This document shows positions 8,957 to 18,734 of a DNA stretch of 64,000 bases, piece after piece. Position 1 is the first letter of the stretch. Each line of letters begins with the position of its first letter. The DNA lies in contig OY762463.1 in the NCBI GenBank assembly GCA_963665815.1, positions 3,488,001-3,552,000 on the forward strand, in the 5' to 3' direction. Source of the stretch: Candidatus Cloacimonadales bacterium. Its GTDB lineage: Bacteria; Cloacimonadota; Cloacimonadia; Cloacimonadales; JAIOQZ01. The position numbers were made by a program, and so were the translations under genes. The notes under the pieces were generated by a model. It saw only the letters and a program-made list of their open reading frames with translations. It searched no databases and was not told where the DNA came from.

Positions 8957-11521
8957 TTATTCTTCGTCAAGAAGCTCTCGTACAATTTTCAGTAACTCAA
9001 TTACCTGATAAGGTTTTTGAATAAATCTGAAACCATGTTTATTTATTTCATCAATATTGATTTTACTGGCTGTATATCCGCTATTCAACAAAATTTTTAT
9101 TGCAGGATTTATTTTTCTTATGCGCTTCACAAGCTCTACACCACTGTCATCTGGTAAAACGACATCACTTATAATCAAATCCAGAGATTCCTTGTTATCC
9201 ATGAATAATTTTTCAGCTTCTGTCGAGTTTTCAGTCTGAATTACTGAATAACCGAAGTTAGTCAGGATGCTTACACCTACTTTCCTGACATTTTTTTCAT
9301 CTTCCACAAATAATATTTTTTCATTGTTACCCGAGTATGTACTGAAGTTCTCATGTGATATGGCGTCATCTATAACACTGTCAACAACGGCAGGCAGATA
9401 TATATGAAAAATTGTACCCTTATCCGGTTCACTGTAAACATTCAGCCAGCCTTCATGTTGTTTTACAATTCCAAAAACGACTGAAAGTCCCAGCCCTGTA
9501 CCGGAACCCGCTTTTTTGGTTGTAAAAAATGGTTCGAAAATTCTATCAATAGTCTCAGCAGTCATGCCTATTCCGGTATCTTCTACTGACAATACGACAT
9601 ACAATCCTGGCTCAGCTGTTTTACTGCCATGTAATTCCGGTTGAGTGAGAAAGATGCTTTTCCCGCGGATTTTTATTGTGCTTCCGGCAATTGTGGATGC
9701 ATCCCTTGCATTTATCACGAGATTCATTATTGCTTGCTCAATCTGCCCCGGATCTGCTTTTATCAGCCCGGTATCATCATTGATATCTATTTCCAGTTTA
9801 TAATCCTCTCCAATTAGTCTATTCAGCATTTTATGCAGATTCTCAACAAGCTTTTTCACATTGATAAGCTTGGGATCCATAACCTGTTTACGACTGAAGG
9901 CAAGTAACTGTCTGGTTAATGAAGAAGCTTTAGATCCTGCAACTGCAATCTCTGCCAGGTTTTCAAAAAGCTGATCATTTTCTGAAACCAATGACATAGA
10001 CATTTCACAATAACCGTTTATCACAGTAAGAATATTGTTAAAGTCATGTGCAATACCTCCGGCAAGAGCTCCGAAAGATTCCATTTTCTGGGATTGCAGT
10101 AGTTGCTTTTCAAGACTGTTTTTTCGAGCTTCATCCTTGACTTTGGATGATATATCCCTCAGTAAGATAAGGTATGCAGGCTTGTCCTCATATTCAATAC
10201 TCGATGCTCTGATTTCAACAATAGCTTCTTCATCATAGGAACGGATAATTGTCTTCTGCTGAACCTCGTTCACATTAACCTGAAAATCAAGAGTATCACC
10301 TATCATATCTATAGCCGGGCGTGAAAACAGTTTCTCAGCGGCATTGTTGGCAAAAGAAATAATCTTTGATTCGTTAAGTATCAGTATAGCATCCGGATTC
10401 TGAGATATAATCTGATAGAATCGTTTTTCATTATTCTTAATAATTTTCTCAAATTCTTTCTGCTGGGATACATCTTGAGCAAACTCCAATTTGACCAATT
10501 TTCCATTTGGCCACCTGATAAGTTTATCCGTGAGATGAAATGTTTTTCTTAAAACAGGATTGTAATGATCCCATTCTATAACTTGATTCTCTTCTTTCAG
10601 TTTAGGAATACTGCAAAAACCACATGGTGCAGGTAATCCTTGAAGGACATTATAACATTTTTTTCCTACTAAACTTGTGGCAAAGGTTTTATCAAGTGAG
10701 TAATTGGCAAATAGAATATCGTATGTGGCAGGATCGACAATATATATGTATTGAGGGAATGAATCCAGAATTGACAGAAAGCGATCATACTGTATCTTCA
10801 CTTGATCCAGCATTTTGTTTTTCTCCGATATCTGCATATCTATATGCTCAAACAGATTATTGAAGCTTGTGTACAGTGTCCCAATCTCATCATCCTGTGT
10901 TTTTTCCAGCCTGATTGAGTAGTCTTTATTTTCAGTAACTGTTACAACTGCATCTACAAGATTAAGGATAGGTTCAGAGATCACTTTCTGAGTGATTTGG
11001 GCTAAAAATAACACAAGAAGATACAATAGAAACAATATTACTATAAAAAATAAAAATCGTCGCAATACGTCTTGTTTAAGTCTATCAGTATTTACTTCAA
11101 GGTTAATATAGCCCAGTAGAGCTTCTTGATGATTTATATTTTCAACAATGTTCATATTTCTGTTTAAACTCAGAAAGTGCCAGAAACTCTTAGTTGAATC
11201 TTGCACATCTTTTTTGTTAGAATGATACAGTAATAGTTTACCCGATCTGTCATATATCGAAACTGTATTTATATAGTCCACTGTTTCTGATTTACTGACA
11301 ATTTCTTTCAATCCGTCAATGTCATCAAAAACTATTGGTGAAATGCAGTACTCTCCAATCAATTTAGCTTGTGCATGAGCTGTGTTCTCCAAATCTTGTT
11401 TCAACGAGTTTATTCTTTCTAATGAGTAAATAGTTAGTACTAACAGAAGAATAAATATATTTACACCTGAAATTATTACTGTGAGTTTCTTCTTTATTGG
11501 AAGTTGTTTAAAACTTTTCAT
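8957..11521 (-). CDS. Hybrid sensor histidine kinase (2 TM, HAMP, 2 PAS, HisKA/HATPase, REC; CckA-like)
   Basis: GGIAHDFNNIL H-box, NLVINARDA, DTGIGM, IFEPFFTTK, GTGLGL, receiver LIISDVVLP. Confidence 0.95.
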   Translation of the reverse strand: MKSFKQLPIKKKLTVIISGVNIFILLLVLTIYSLERINSLKQDLENTAHAQAKLIGEYCISPIVFDDIDGLKEIVSKSETVDYINTVSIYDRSGKLLLYHSNKKDVQDSTKSFWHFLSLNRNMNIVENINHQEALLGYINLEVNTDRLKQDVLRRFLFFIVILFLLYLLVLFLAQITQKVISEPILNLVDAVVTVTENKDYSIRLEKTQDDEIGTLYTSFNNLFEHIDMQISEKNKMLDQVKIQYDRFLSILDSFPQYIYIVDPATYDILFANYSLDKTFATSLVGKKCYNVLQGLPAPCGFCSIPKLKEENQVIEWDHYNPVLRKTFHLTDKLIRWPNGKLVKLEFAQDVSQQKEFEKIIKNNEKRFYQIISQNPDAILILNESKIISFANNAAEKLFSRPAIDMIGDTLDFQVNVNEVQQKTIIRSYDEEAIVEIRASSIEYEDKPAYLILLRDISSKVKDEARKNSLEKQLLQSQKMESFGALAGGIAHDFNNILTVINGYCEMSMSLVSENDQLFENLAEIAVAGSKASSLTRQLLAFSRKQVMDPKLINVKKLVENLHKMLNRLIGEDYKLEIDINDDTGLIKADPGQIEQAIMNLVINARDASTIAGSTIKIRGKSIFLTQPELHGSKTAEPGLYVVLSVEDTGIGMTAETIDRIFEPFFTTKKAGSGTGLGLSVVFGIVKQHEGWLNVYSEPDKGTIFHIYLPAVVDSVIDDAISHENFSTYSGNNEKILFVEDEKNVRKVGVSILTNFGYSVIQTENSTEAEKLFMDNKESLDLIISDVVLPDDSGVELVKRIRKINPAIKILLNSGYTASKINIDEINKHGFRFIQKPYQVIELLKIVRELLDEE

Positions 11522-11522
11522 A

Positions 11523-12038
11523 TCAATTATTTCTTACAATTCGAGAAAGTCTCAGTAAATGGTAGCTTACTTTCAGTCCGGACTCTCTGAAGGCTTTGGG
11601 GTTAGACTCAAATTTAAGTCGGTTATTTTCTATAAAGAAATTTAAATGAACATCATGATTATAAAAATCTGAGTGTGATATCAGCAGAATCTGGTTACTT
11701 CTACACTTTCGTATTACATTGTCAGCAAGATTGCATTTGCATTCCGGAAGATATATGATGTCACATCCTATTGTATCGCCTAAAGATTTAATCTGCTTGA
11801 ATGCAACCTTCTTATTCTTGATCTGATTGCTTGAGAAAAAATCAATCAGATTATCGGCAAATTCATCATTCAGGATATATCCTATTGTAAATTCATCATC
11901 AAGTTGATTATCCGGCCATTCAATGAATCGTGTGAACTTCTCAATATATGCAGATTTAAGCTCGTTAATTTCTACAGAAACCAGATTAAGAATCATGAGT
12001 TGGATTGCCAGAAGCATTAAGATTTTAATTGGTTTCAT
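11523..12038 (-). CDS. YfiR/DUF4154 family periplasmic protein
   Basis: LKSAYIEKFTRFIEWP...GLKVSYHLLRLS. Confidence 0.88.
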   Translation of the reverse strand: MKPIKILMLLAIQLMILNLVSVEINELKSAYIEKFTRFIEWPDNQLDDEFTIGYILNDEFADNLIDFFSSNQIKNKKVAFKQIKSLGDTIGCDIIYLPECKCNLADNVIRKCRSNQILLISHSDFYNHDVHLNFFIENNRLKFESNPKAFRESGLKVSYHLLRLSRIVRNN

Positions 12039-14348
12039 TTAAAATTTATACTCCAGTTTAAGCCCAATAGTCATAGGTTCTTCGATAAATCCACATTGTC
12101 TTGGAAACTGTTTAACATCACCTGTTTCCCAGAATTGAATGACATATCTAATATGATTATAAGAAATAAGGTTTTGAGAAAAAAGTTTTATTTTCAGATC
12201 AGATTTGCTGTTTGGTAAAGACCAGATGAATGCAAAATTGCTTGTAAAAGAGGGTTTACCATATCCATGCTCTTCAAGATCCTCTTCAATTTCTTTCATT
12301 GTCTGTTTTAGCACAGGATCATTCAGTTTATTATGAGCTGAGTTAAATTTATCAAGCATCTCAGATTGCTGAAAATTCCACATCAACTGACCATTCATAT
12401 GAAAACGCAAATTGTCTGAAATGTCATAATTAACTGTAGTCTTCAGAGTCTGAGCAGGAAGATTGTTGATTCTGTTTTCTCCACTGCCATCTATCATATA
12501 AGTTGTGCCTGTAGAATCAACAATCCAGGCATCAGTATTCAATTTCTGATCCCAGTTTATTTGATTGATAAAGGAATAGTTAGCATTCATTGACAACTTG
12601 TCCTTGCTGTAATTAATGCTTGTCTCAAATCCAAGAAGATCAAATGTACCTATTACATCTGTATACACGGAATCATTTATCCAGCTGATCTGATCAATAC
12701 TGTAATAATACAGGGAAGATTTCATGTTCAGATTTTTACTCCAGTTAAGAATATGTACAATCTCTGAACCTGTTCTTATTTCTGGTTTTGCATCATCAGC
12801 ACCGAGATAGTTTTGGGCATACATCTCTGTAAGCAGTGGGAGTCTGACTGATCTGTCAAAAATCAGCTCCAGGGTGTTGTTTTCAGTTATGTCTCCAATA
12901 AAAGCAATCCTTGGTGAAATTGCAAAATCAGAATATTCATTTTTATCTGCTCTGAATGAGAAAAGAGATTGGAAATAATCTGTAAAAGTGATATTTGCTT
13001 CTCCAAAAAAAGAATATTGATTACAGTCAATATCATCACTAATTACTGTTGTGAAACTGTCTCCATAGAACTGACGGAATTTGGAGTTTTCATTCAGAAC
13101 AGCAAATCTTATAGGAGCTTGCAGACTTAGTATGAATGATTCATCATCTTCTCCCCATTCAGGTCTGTAAAACTGATACATAAACTCACTGCCTAAAGCG
13201 AATTTGGCATTTTCAGAATGATTATAGTTAAATTGCATTGAATATGTTAGAGCATTTTCAGAGAATGAATTACTTAATTGTGCAATATGATCTTCAGCCA
13301 GACCGTCACGTTGCCACATGTTGACACTTCTGTAACTAATTGACTTGAAATTCAAACTACTCTTGAATTTAAGGTCATTCCACATTTTCTTCTTCCATTG
13401 CAATGATCCGAGAAATAATTTGCCGTGTTGTCCGTTGAAAGCGGGACCATCTGAAGAATAAGTCTGCTGAGTCATTAAAGTATGGTTATAGGTGGAGTAA
13501 TGGGTGGATAGTGATATGTTATCACTGAACTCTGCGTTCAGGTGAAACTTAACTTCCGGTTTTCCTTGATAATCAGAAAGGAAGTTCGGTGCAGGAGTTC
13601 CTCTCTCGAAATTTCCCCAGTCTGAACCCATGAAGCCCCATCCCCAAGGTTTGTTCTCATTAAAATTGTATGCTCTGTCAACATAGTAATACTTAGTATC
13701 ATCAAGTCCTTTGGATTCATTCATGCTTCCAAAAATGTAGTACTTTATTGTAGTGGAATTATCTTCAACAGAAAATGATTTACCTTCTGAATGATATCTC
13801 GGTATATTTAAGTAACCCAGATTCCTGGATTTATTATCGGGAGATTTAGTAATTATATTAATCATTCCGGCTGTAGCCCCAGGACCATACGTAGCAGATC
13901 CGCTACCGCTGATTATCTCAATTCTGTCTATGAATCCAAGTTCTTTATCGTGCAATTCGAACATAGCACCGTAAAATGAATTCATGTTTATATCTTTACC
14001 ATTAAGCAGAAGTTGGTATGAGTAATTTTGATCACTAAGACTACCTCTGATTCCAAGACGAAGTCCCTGGTAATGTGAAACATAAGTTGCCCCTGGAACA
14101 TAAGTTTCAATCAGATCATATATGTTTCTGGCTGGAGTATTGTATATTTGTTCTGATGTAATTACAGTTATAGTACCAGGATATCTGTTCTGCTCAATAC
14201 CTGTTAATGTACCGGAATCGATTTCAACATTCATCAGTTCTTCCAGAGTCATATTCATCAATAATTCCGAATTGGATTCAGTATAGCTGGAGGAAGTTAA
14301 TTTAAGCTGAATAATCAAAAAAATGATAAAAATTCTACCTATATTCAA
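12039..14348 (-). CDS. TonB-dependent receptor (YfiR-associated type), TTG start
   Basis: LMNMTLEELMNVEI, IDRIEIISGSGSATYG plug, C-terminal LEYKF; GGAGG RBS. Confidence 0.88.
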   Translation of the reverse strand: MNIGRIFIIFLIIQLKLTSSSYTESNSELLMNMTLEELMNVEIDSGTLTGIEQNRYPGTITVITSEQIYNTPARNIYDLIETYVPGATYVSHYQGLRLGIRGSLSDQNYSYQLLLNGKDINMNSFYGAMFELHDKELGFIDRIEIISGSGSATYGPGATAGMINIITKSPDNKSRNLGYLNIPRYHSEGKSFSVEDNSTTIKYYIFGSMNESKGLDDTKYYYVDRAYNFNENKPWGWGFMGSDWGNFERGTPAPNFLSDYQGKPEVKFHLNAEFSDNISLSTHYSTYNHTLMTQQTYSSDGPAFNGQHGKLFLGSLQWKKKMWNDLKFKSSLNFKSISYRSVNMWQRDGLAEDHIAQLSNSFSENALTYSMQFNYNHSENAKFALGSEFMYQFYRPEWGEDDESFILSLQAPIRFAVLNENSKFRQFYGDSFTTVISDDIDCNQYSFFGEANITFTDYFQSLFSFRADKNEYSDFAISPRIAFIGDITENNTLELIFDRSVRLPLLTEMYAQNYLGADDAKPEIRTGSEIVHILNWSKNLNMKSSLYYYSIDQISWINDSVYTDVIGTFDLLGFETSINYSKDKLSMNANYSFINQINWDQKLNTDAWIVDSTGTTYMIDGSGENRINNLPAQTLKTTVNYDISDNLRFHMNGQLMWNFQQSEMLDKFNSAHNKLNDPVLKQTMKEIEEDLEEHGYGKPSFTSNFAFIWSLPNSKSDLKIKLFSQNLISYNHIRYVIQFWETGDVKQFPRQCGFIEEPMTIGLKLEYKF

Positions 14349-14454
14349 TTTTGCCTACCTCCTTTAAGATTATTAAATTACAATTAGTTATAATTTAGAT
14401 AAAATATTGATTGAGGCAAAATAATTTTACACTGAGAACAAGCATTTTGTATAG

Positions 14455-14486
14455 AAAAAAAGATTCAGGCTTATCACCTGAATCTT
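14455..14486 (-). terminator. Intrinsic terminator after the lipoprotein cluster
   Basis: AAGATTCAGG/CCTGAATCTT stem with a T run on the minus strand. Confidence 0.8.
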
Positions 14487-14516
14487 GTAATCTAAAAATA
14501 CGACTGAGGATAGTTT

Positions 14517-15536
14517 TTAGAATAGATAGCTGTTCAGAAAATCATCAAATTCTTTCATGAATCCTTTTTTGATCTTCTTTGCCATTTCTCTATAAGCTCT
14601 TTCTACTGCTTCGTTCTTAGTAATATGAGCTTCTCTACCTTTTTCATCCATTGTAACAACAGATTTTCCCTGTTCATTAAGCATTCTTATTAAAAGGTTA
14701 TAACGCACAAAATACTTATCACCTTTACCGAGATCACTGTTTTCAACATTAACATCAGCTTCAACTTTAAGTTTACCATTGTTTTTTACCTGAAAACCAT
14801 ATTTGCCAAGAGCATTAGTAATCATGTTTTTAATCTGATTGCTGTTATCATTTTTAACATTTACTGCAAAAACAAGAGATCTTGCCGTGCTGTTTTTTTT
14901 ATCAAGAATATCTGCAAGATTGTACTCAGGATCAACAAAATCTTTCATTGTTGAAGAGATAACACCAAGTTGTTCAATCAAAGTCTGATTGTTAACACCA
15001 AAAATATGAGCAGCATTATACAGGGCATACTTCTTAAACAAATCCGGTGTTGAATTAGCCGTGCCAGAATACTCAATAATCTTTTCGGAGTTTTCGGAAA
15101 TTCTGCCTTCATAAATGTTTGCAGTCTTCATTCTGTCAATGTAAGCAATAATGTTGACTCTACCGCTGTTATCAGTATATGACTCACCAAATTGAACATT
15201 GATAAGTGATTGCTGAGACTGAATCTTCACATTTGTTGTAATGTCTGTTTGAGTTACTGAGATGCCTTCAGTCTGGCTGACAATTTCATTATATTTTTCA
15301 ATATAAGTTTCATCACTGGATACTTTTGCTTCAAAAATACGAGACATTTTGGACATTGCCGCATCTTCTGCCTGGCTGCGAGTATCACCGGTTCCAATGG
15401 CTGTCATATATAGTGCATTGGGGTAATCTGCTTCCGGATTGGTCATCCAGCGTGGTTTTGACGGAGTCTGTGTTTTTGGGTTTGATGCACAGACCGTTAG
15501 CATAATTGACATTAAAATTATTATTATTTTTTTCAT
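14517..15536 (-). CDS. LPP20-family lipoprotein
   Basis: Signal peptide with Cys, KPRWM, YMTAIGTG, AEDAAMSKMS. Confidence 0.75.
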   Translation of the reverse strand: MKKIIIILMSIMLTVCASNPKTQTPSKPRWMTNPEADYPNALYMTAIGTGDTRSQAEDAAMSKMSRIFEAKVSSDETYIEKYNEIVSQTEGISVTQTDITTNVKIQSQQSLINVQFGESYTDNSGRVNIIAYIDRMKTANIYEGRISENSEKIIEYSGTANSTPDLFKKYALYNAAHIFGVNNQTLIEQLGVISSTMKDFVDPEYNLADILDKKNSTARSLVFAVNVKNDNSNQIKNMITNALGKYGFQVKNNGKLKVEADVNVENSDLGKGDKYFVRYNLLIRMLNEQGKSVVTMDEKGREAHITKNEAVERAYREMAKKIKKGFMKEFDDFLNSYLF

Positions 15537-15544
15537 AATATCCT

Positions 15545-16978
15545 CTAATGAATGTAAAAAGTTTCTATCAGGTTAAGACCTTTTCTCGAAACTTCGAATT
15601 GTTTATATTCCTCGGTAATAAGTAAAGCTCCATTCTTATGATAATACTTAACAGCAATATCATGTTTCCCCGGATCTACCATAATTTCCGTAGTATAAGC
15701 AAACGCAGGGAAAAACCTGGAGATTCTAAGATCAGCGTTTTCTGTTGCATCGACCATTACATCTGTTGCCAGACGAAGCAGAGCGCCTCCAAGATCATTT
15801 GATTTGGCGTTATTCTGTTTGAATTTATGGGATGCAATACCTTTTGTAATTGATCTTATCAGGGTTTTGAAGAAAATAATAGGTTCTTTCACAGCAAAAG
15901 TTTTCTGTGCAATGTTCTCCATATCTTCAACCATCATCAGATTATGTTTATTACCATCAACAATCACTTCAATTCTGCCAACGTTCGATCCGAGTTTTTT
16001 GAATTCTATCACGGGCAGTTTGAAATGCATTCCCGGTTCAACACCTTCCCAGTATATGTCATCCATACCATTCAGTTTTATGTTGCCACCTTCCTGATAT
16101 TCAGATGTTGAAGCAAAGATGAATCTGTTTTTCTCTGAATGAACATAGAAAGTATGTTGTCTTTTATCAGGAGAGCGTCCGGTAAATGCCAGAATGTTGA
16201 GCTTTGCTTTACTCTTAACTTTAAGGGCTTTACTGAAATCAGGTTTAGGAAAATTGTACAGGTGAGCCTGCAGCTGCCATGCCTGATCAATCTTTTTGAG
16301 ATCAATTTCAGCTTCGTCCAGCCTGTCGGTTGCTCTGTACATGAGCATACTCAGGTAACGCCCTAGAATATCATTATGGAACTTGTTCTTTCCAGCCTGC
16401 ACCTGAGTTTTGGTTTTCCCCATAAGGTTGATTACTTTTGCTTGTTTCTTGTACTTATCTTCCAGTACATTCAGTTTATTGTTTATTCTACGGATTTCCA
16501 CAAAGGCATCATCGAAGAGACGAACTTTTTCTTTTCTGGTTTCGGCAGAATCAGATAATGCCAGATAGTTCAGGGCTTTGAAAATATTCAGATAGATATC
16601 TTCGTAATCCTCGCCTGAATACTCTTTAGCATTATCATTAAGCAGGTATGAGGCTGCTTCTCGGCTGATACTCCTTGTGAAAAGTTCTTCAATAGCGTCT
16701 TCTGCCTTCTGAAGATACTCATTACTGAGTCTGTAATTTCTATTAAAATGGTACAGCATGCCAATATCAAGATAATACAATACTTTCTCTTTCTGTGTAT
16801 AACCTGTTTCCTTAGCTGCTTCAATCTGGCGTATTGCAGTAGCATAATCTTTTCGCTGCAGCATGAGGTCTGTGCCTGCATACTGAAGTTTGGATGTAGC
16901 CATATTGGCACAACTGAACAAAAATACAGAAAAGACAATCAGTAGTATTAGTTTGATACTGTTACAGGCTTTTACCAT
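15545..16978 (-). CDS. COG3014-like TPR lipoprotein
   Basis: LFSC lipobox, LYYLDIGML, YSGEDYEDIYLNIFKALNY, ENADLR. Confidence 0.75.
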   Translation of the reverse strand: MVKACNSIKLILLIVFSVFLFSCANMATSKLQYAGTDLMLQRKDYATAIRQIEAAKETGYTQKEKVLYYLDIGMLYHFNRNYRLSNEYLQKAEDAIEELFTRSISREAASYLLNDNAKEYSGEDYEDIYLNIFKALNYLALSDSAETRKEKVRLFDDAFVEIRRINNKLNVLEDKYKKQAKVINLMGKTKTQVQAGKNKFHNDILGRYLSMLMYRATDRLDEAEIDLKKIDQAWQLQAHLYNFPKPDFSKALKVKSKAKLNILAFTGRSPDKRQHTFYVHSEKNRFIFASTSEYQEGGNIKLNGMDDIYWEGVEPGMHFKLPVIEFKKLGSNVGRIEVIVDGNKHNLMMVEDMENIAQKTFAVKEPIIFFKTLIRSITKGIASHKFKQNNAKSNDLGGALLRLATDVMVDATENADLRISRFFPAFAYTTEIMVDPGKHDIAVKYYHKNGALLITEEYKQFEVSRKGLNLIETFYIH

Positions 16979-17574
16979 TTATTTTTATCCCTTTGAACTA
17001 CTTTCTTAATCTCTTTTTTGTTCTGCCATACTATTGTATTTGATTCGAGGTTAATTAACTGTAGTGTAACATTGTAATATCTAAGCGTTTGAGCTCCACC
17101 TCTATCTTCTACAGTTGTAACATCACCTTTAAGCATGAAATCTGCAGCGTTTTCGGCAGCAAGTCTTTTAGCTGTTTCTTCGGATGAGTTTGACTGTTGA
17201 TCCATTCTTTCTGATCTTATTTCATCTCTCTGCTCACTACTGGCAACAAATTCAATCATACCACTGTTAATAAGCTCAGTCTGAAGATTGTTCACTAATG
17301 GTTTCAGTTCAATGTGTTCATCACTTTTGTTTCTGACAGTACCGATAATTACTCTTGGAGTTCTGCCTTCTGAAGTTTTGAAATTAGTTAACCATGGTCG
17401 ATTCATTACGTCCCGGATAAGTGTTTGAGCAACAAGCTGGATATCTGTGTCATTCCATCTTCCGCTATAATCGATTTGCTCATCAACAGCTACTCTCTGT
17501 ACTTTTGGTGCAGGAGTGCTTGCACATCCTATGATGCTTACAATAATTAATGCTATAAATAATATGTTTTTCAT
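16972..17574 (-). CDS. Penicillin-binding protein activator LpoB-like lipoprotein
   Basis: IIGC lipobox, SGRWNDTD, VRNKSDEHI, AADFMLKG, IVWQNKKEIKK. Confidence 0.82.
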   Translation of the reverse strand: MKNILFIALIIVSIIGCASTPAPKVQRVAVDEQIDYSGRWNDTDIQLVAQTLIRDVMNRPWLTNFKTSEGRTPRVIIGTVRNKSDEHIELKPLVNNLQTELINSGMIEFVASSEQRDEIRSERMDQQSNSSEETAKRLAAENAADFMLKGDVTTVEDRGGAQTLRYYNVTLQLINLESNTIVWQNKKEIKKVVQRDKNKW

Positions 17575-17587
17575 AGCTCCTCCAATA

Positions 17588-18352
17588 TTATATATTTTCT
17601 ATTGATTTTTCTGCGGTAATAGTATACCAATCTATGTTTTCTATGTCGGTTTCGTCGATATTTCCAAGTTTACAGATACGAATATGCTGATAGTTCATAC
17701 TTTCCAGTTTTTCGATTATCTTTGTATATGAGAACGGATAGTACTGAACATAAAATTGTCTTTTACTGACGATTCTGTTTTCGATTTCTTCAAAGATCAG
17801 AAAATTAAAGATCATTGATCCGTCTTTATCATAGTCCCAGACCTGAACATGATTAACTCTGCCTTTATCTCTTATAATAGGATTGAACAGGTAGAATCTT
17901 TGTTTCCTTTTCTGAATAATGTCCCAGTTGCGGGAATCAATGTAGATTGTACCTCCGGGTTTAAGAACAGAGTCCATTTGTTCGATCACCGTTTCAATTT
18001 CTTCGTTTTTTACATGACCCAGAGAATTCCCGGTTGACATTACAAGGTCGAACTCATTCTTAATCGACTTCTTCAGATTCCTGAAATCACAATTTACAAA
18101 ATCAGCAATCAAATTTCTTTCCAGAAAGTTCTGTTTGGCTTTCTTCAGCATGTGACGGTTAACATCGCAGGCTGTTACTGAGTATCCCAGCTCAGACAAC
18201 TGCATGGTCATTTGCCCTGATCCCGCTGAACAGTCCAGTGCTTCTCGAATTCTTTTATGTCCAAATAATTTATGATAAAACAATCTTGTTTCATCCCTGA
18301 AACCCTTGGTATAGAACATATCATAAGCATCAGGTACGTCGTAATAAAGCAT
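17588..18352 (-). CDS. Class I SAM-dependent methyltransferase
   Basis: LDCSAGSG motif I, GNSLGH, VLKPGG; start moved to ATG 18352, which has an AAAGGA RBS. Confidence 0.85.
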   Translation of the reverse strand: MLYYDVPDAYDMFYTKGFRDETRLFYHKLFGHKRIREALDCSAGSGQMTMQLSELGYSVTACDVNRHMLKKAKQNFLERNLIADFVNCDFRNLKKSIKNEFDLVMSTGNSLGHVKNEEIETVIEQMDSVLKPGGTIYIDSRNWDIIQKRKQRFYLFNPIIRDKGRVNHVQVWDYDKDGSMIFNFLIFEEIENRIVSKRQFYVQYYPFSYTKIIEKLESMNYQHIRICKLGNIDETDIENIDWYTITAEKSIENI

Positions 18353-18734
18353 ATTTATCCTTTCAAAATGAGAATTCGGTACATTAGTCAAATCTAATGC
18401 ATACAATATGTAATAGATTATTGATTCTTAACCTCTGTACAAAATGTACGGAATCTCAGAATATCATTTCAAGCTTCCACATATATAATATTGGTTTCAA
18501 CAATGTCAAGAAATCTTGTCTTGAACTGGTATTCTTTTTATTTTCCGAGAGCTTTGCATATTAGTAAATTTAAGAAGTTAATGCAAAAAAGTATCGAATC
18601 AAATCGAATATCCTGTGAAACATGAGAAAAGGACTTCTCCAATTATGTAAATGTCTCGGGAAATAAGTTAGAATTATCATAAAAACATTGTTGACAATTA
18701 TTATCTCACTCAATGAGTTTATGCAGAGGTAAGA

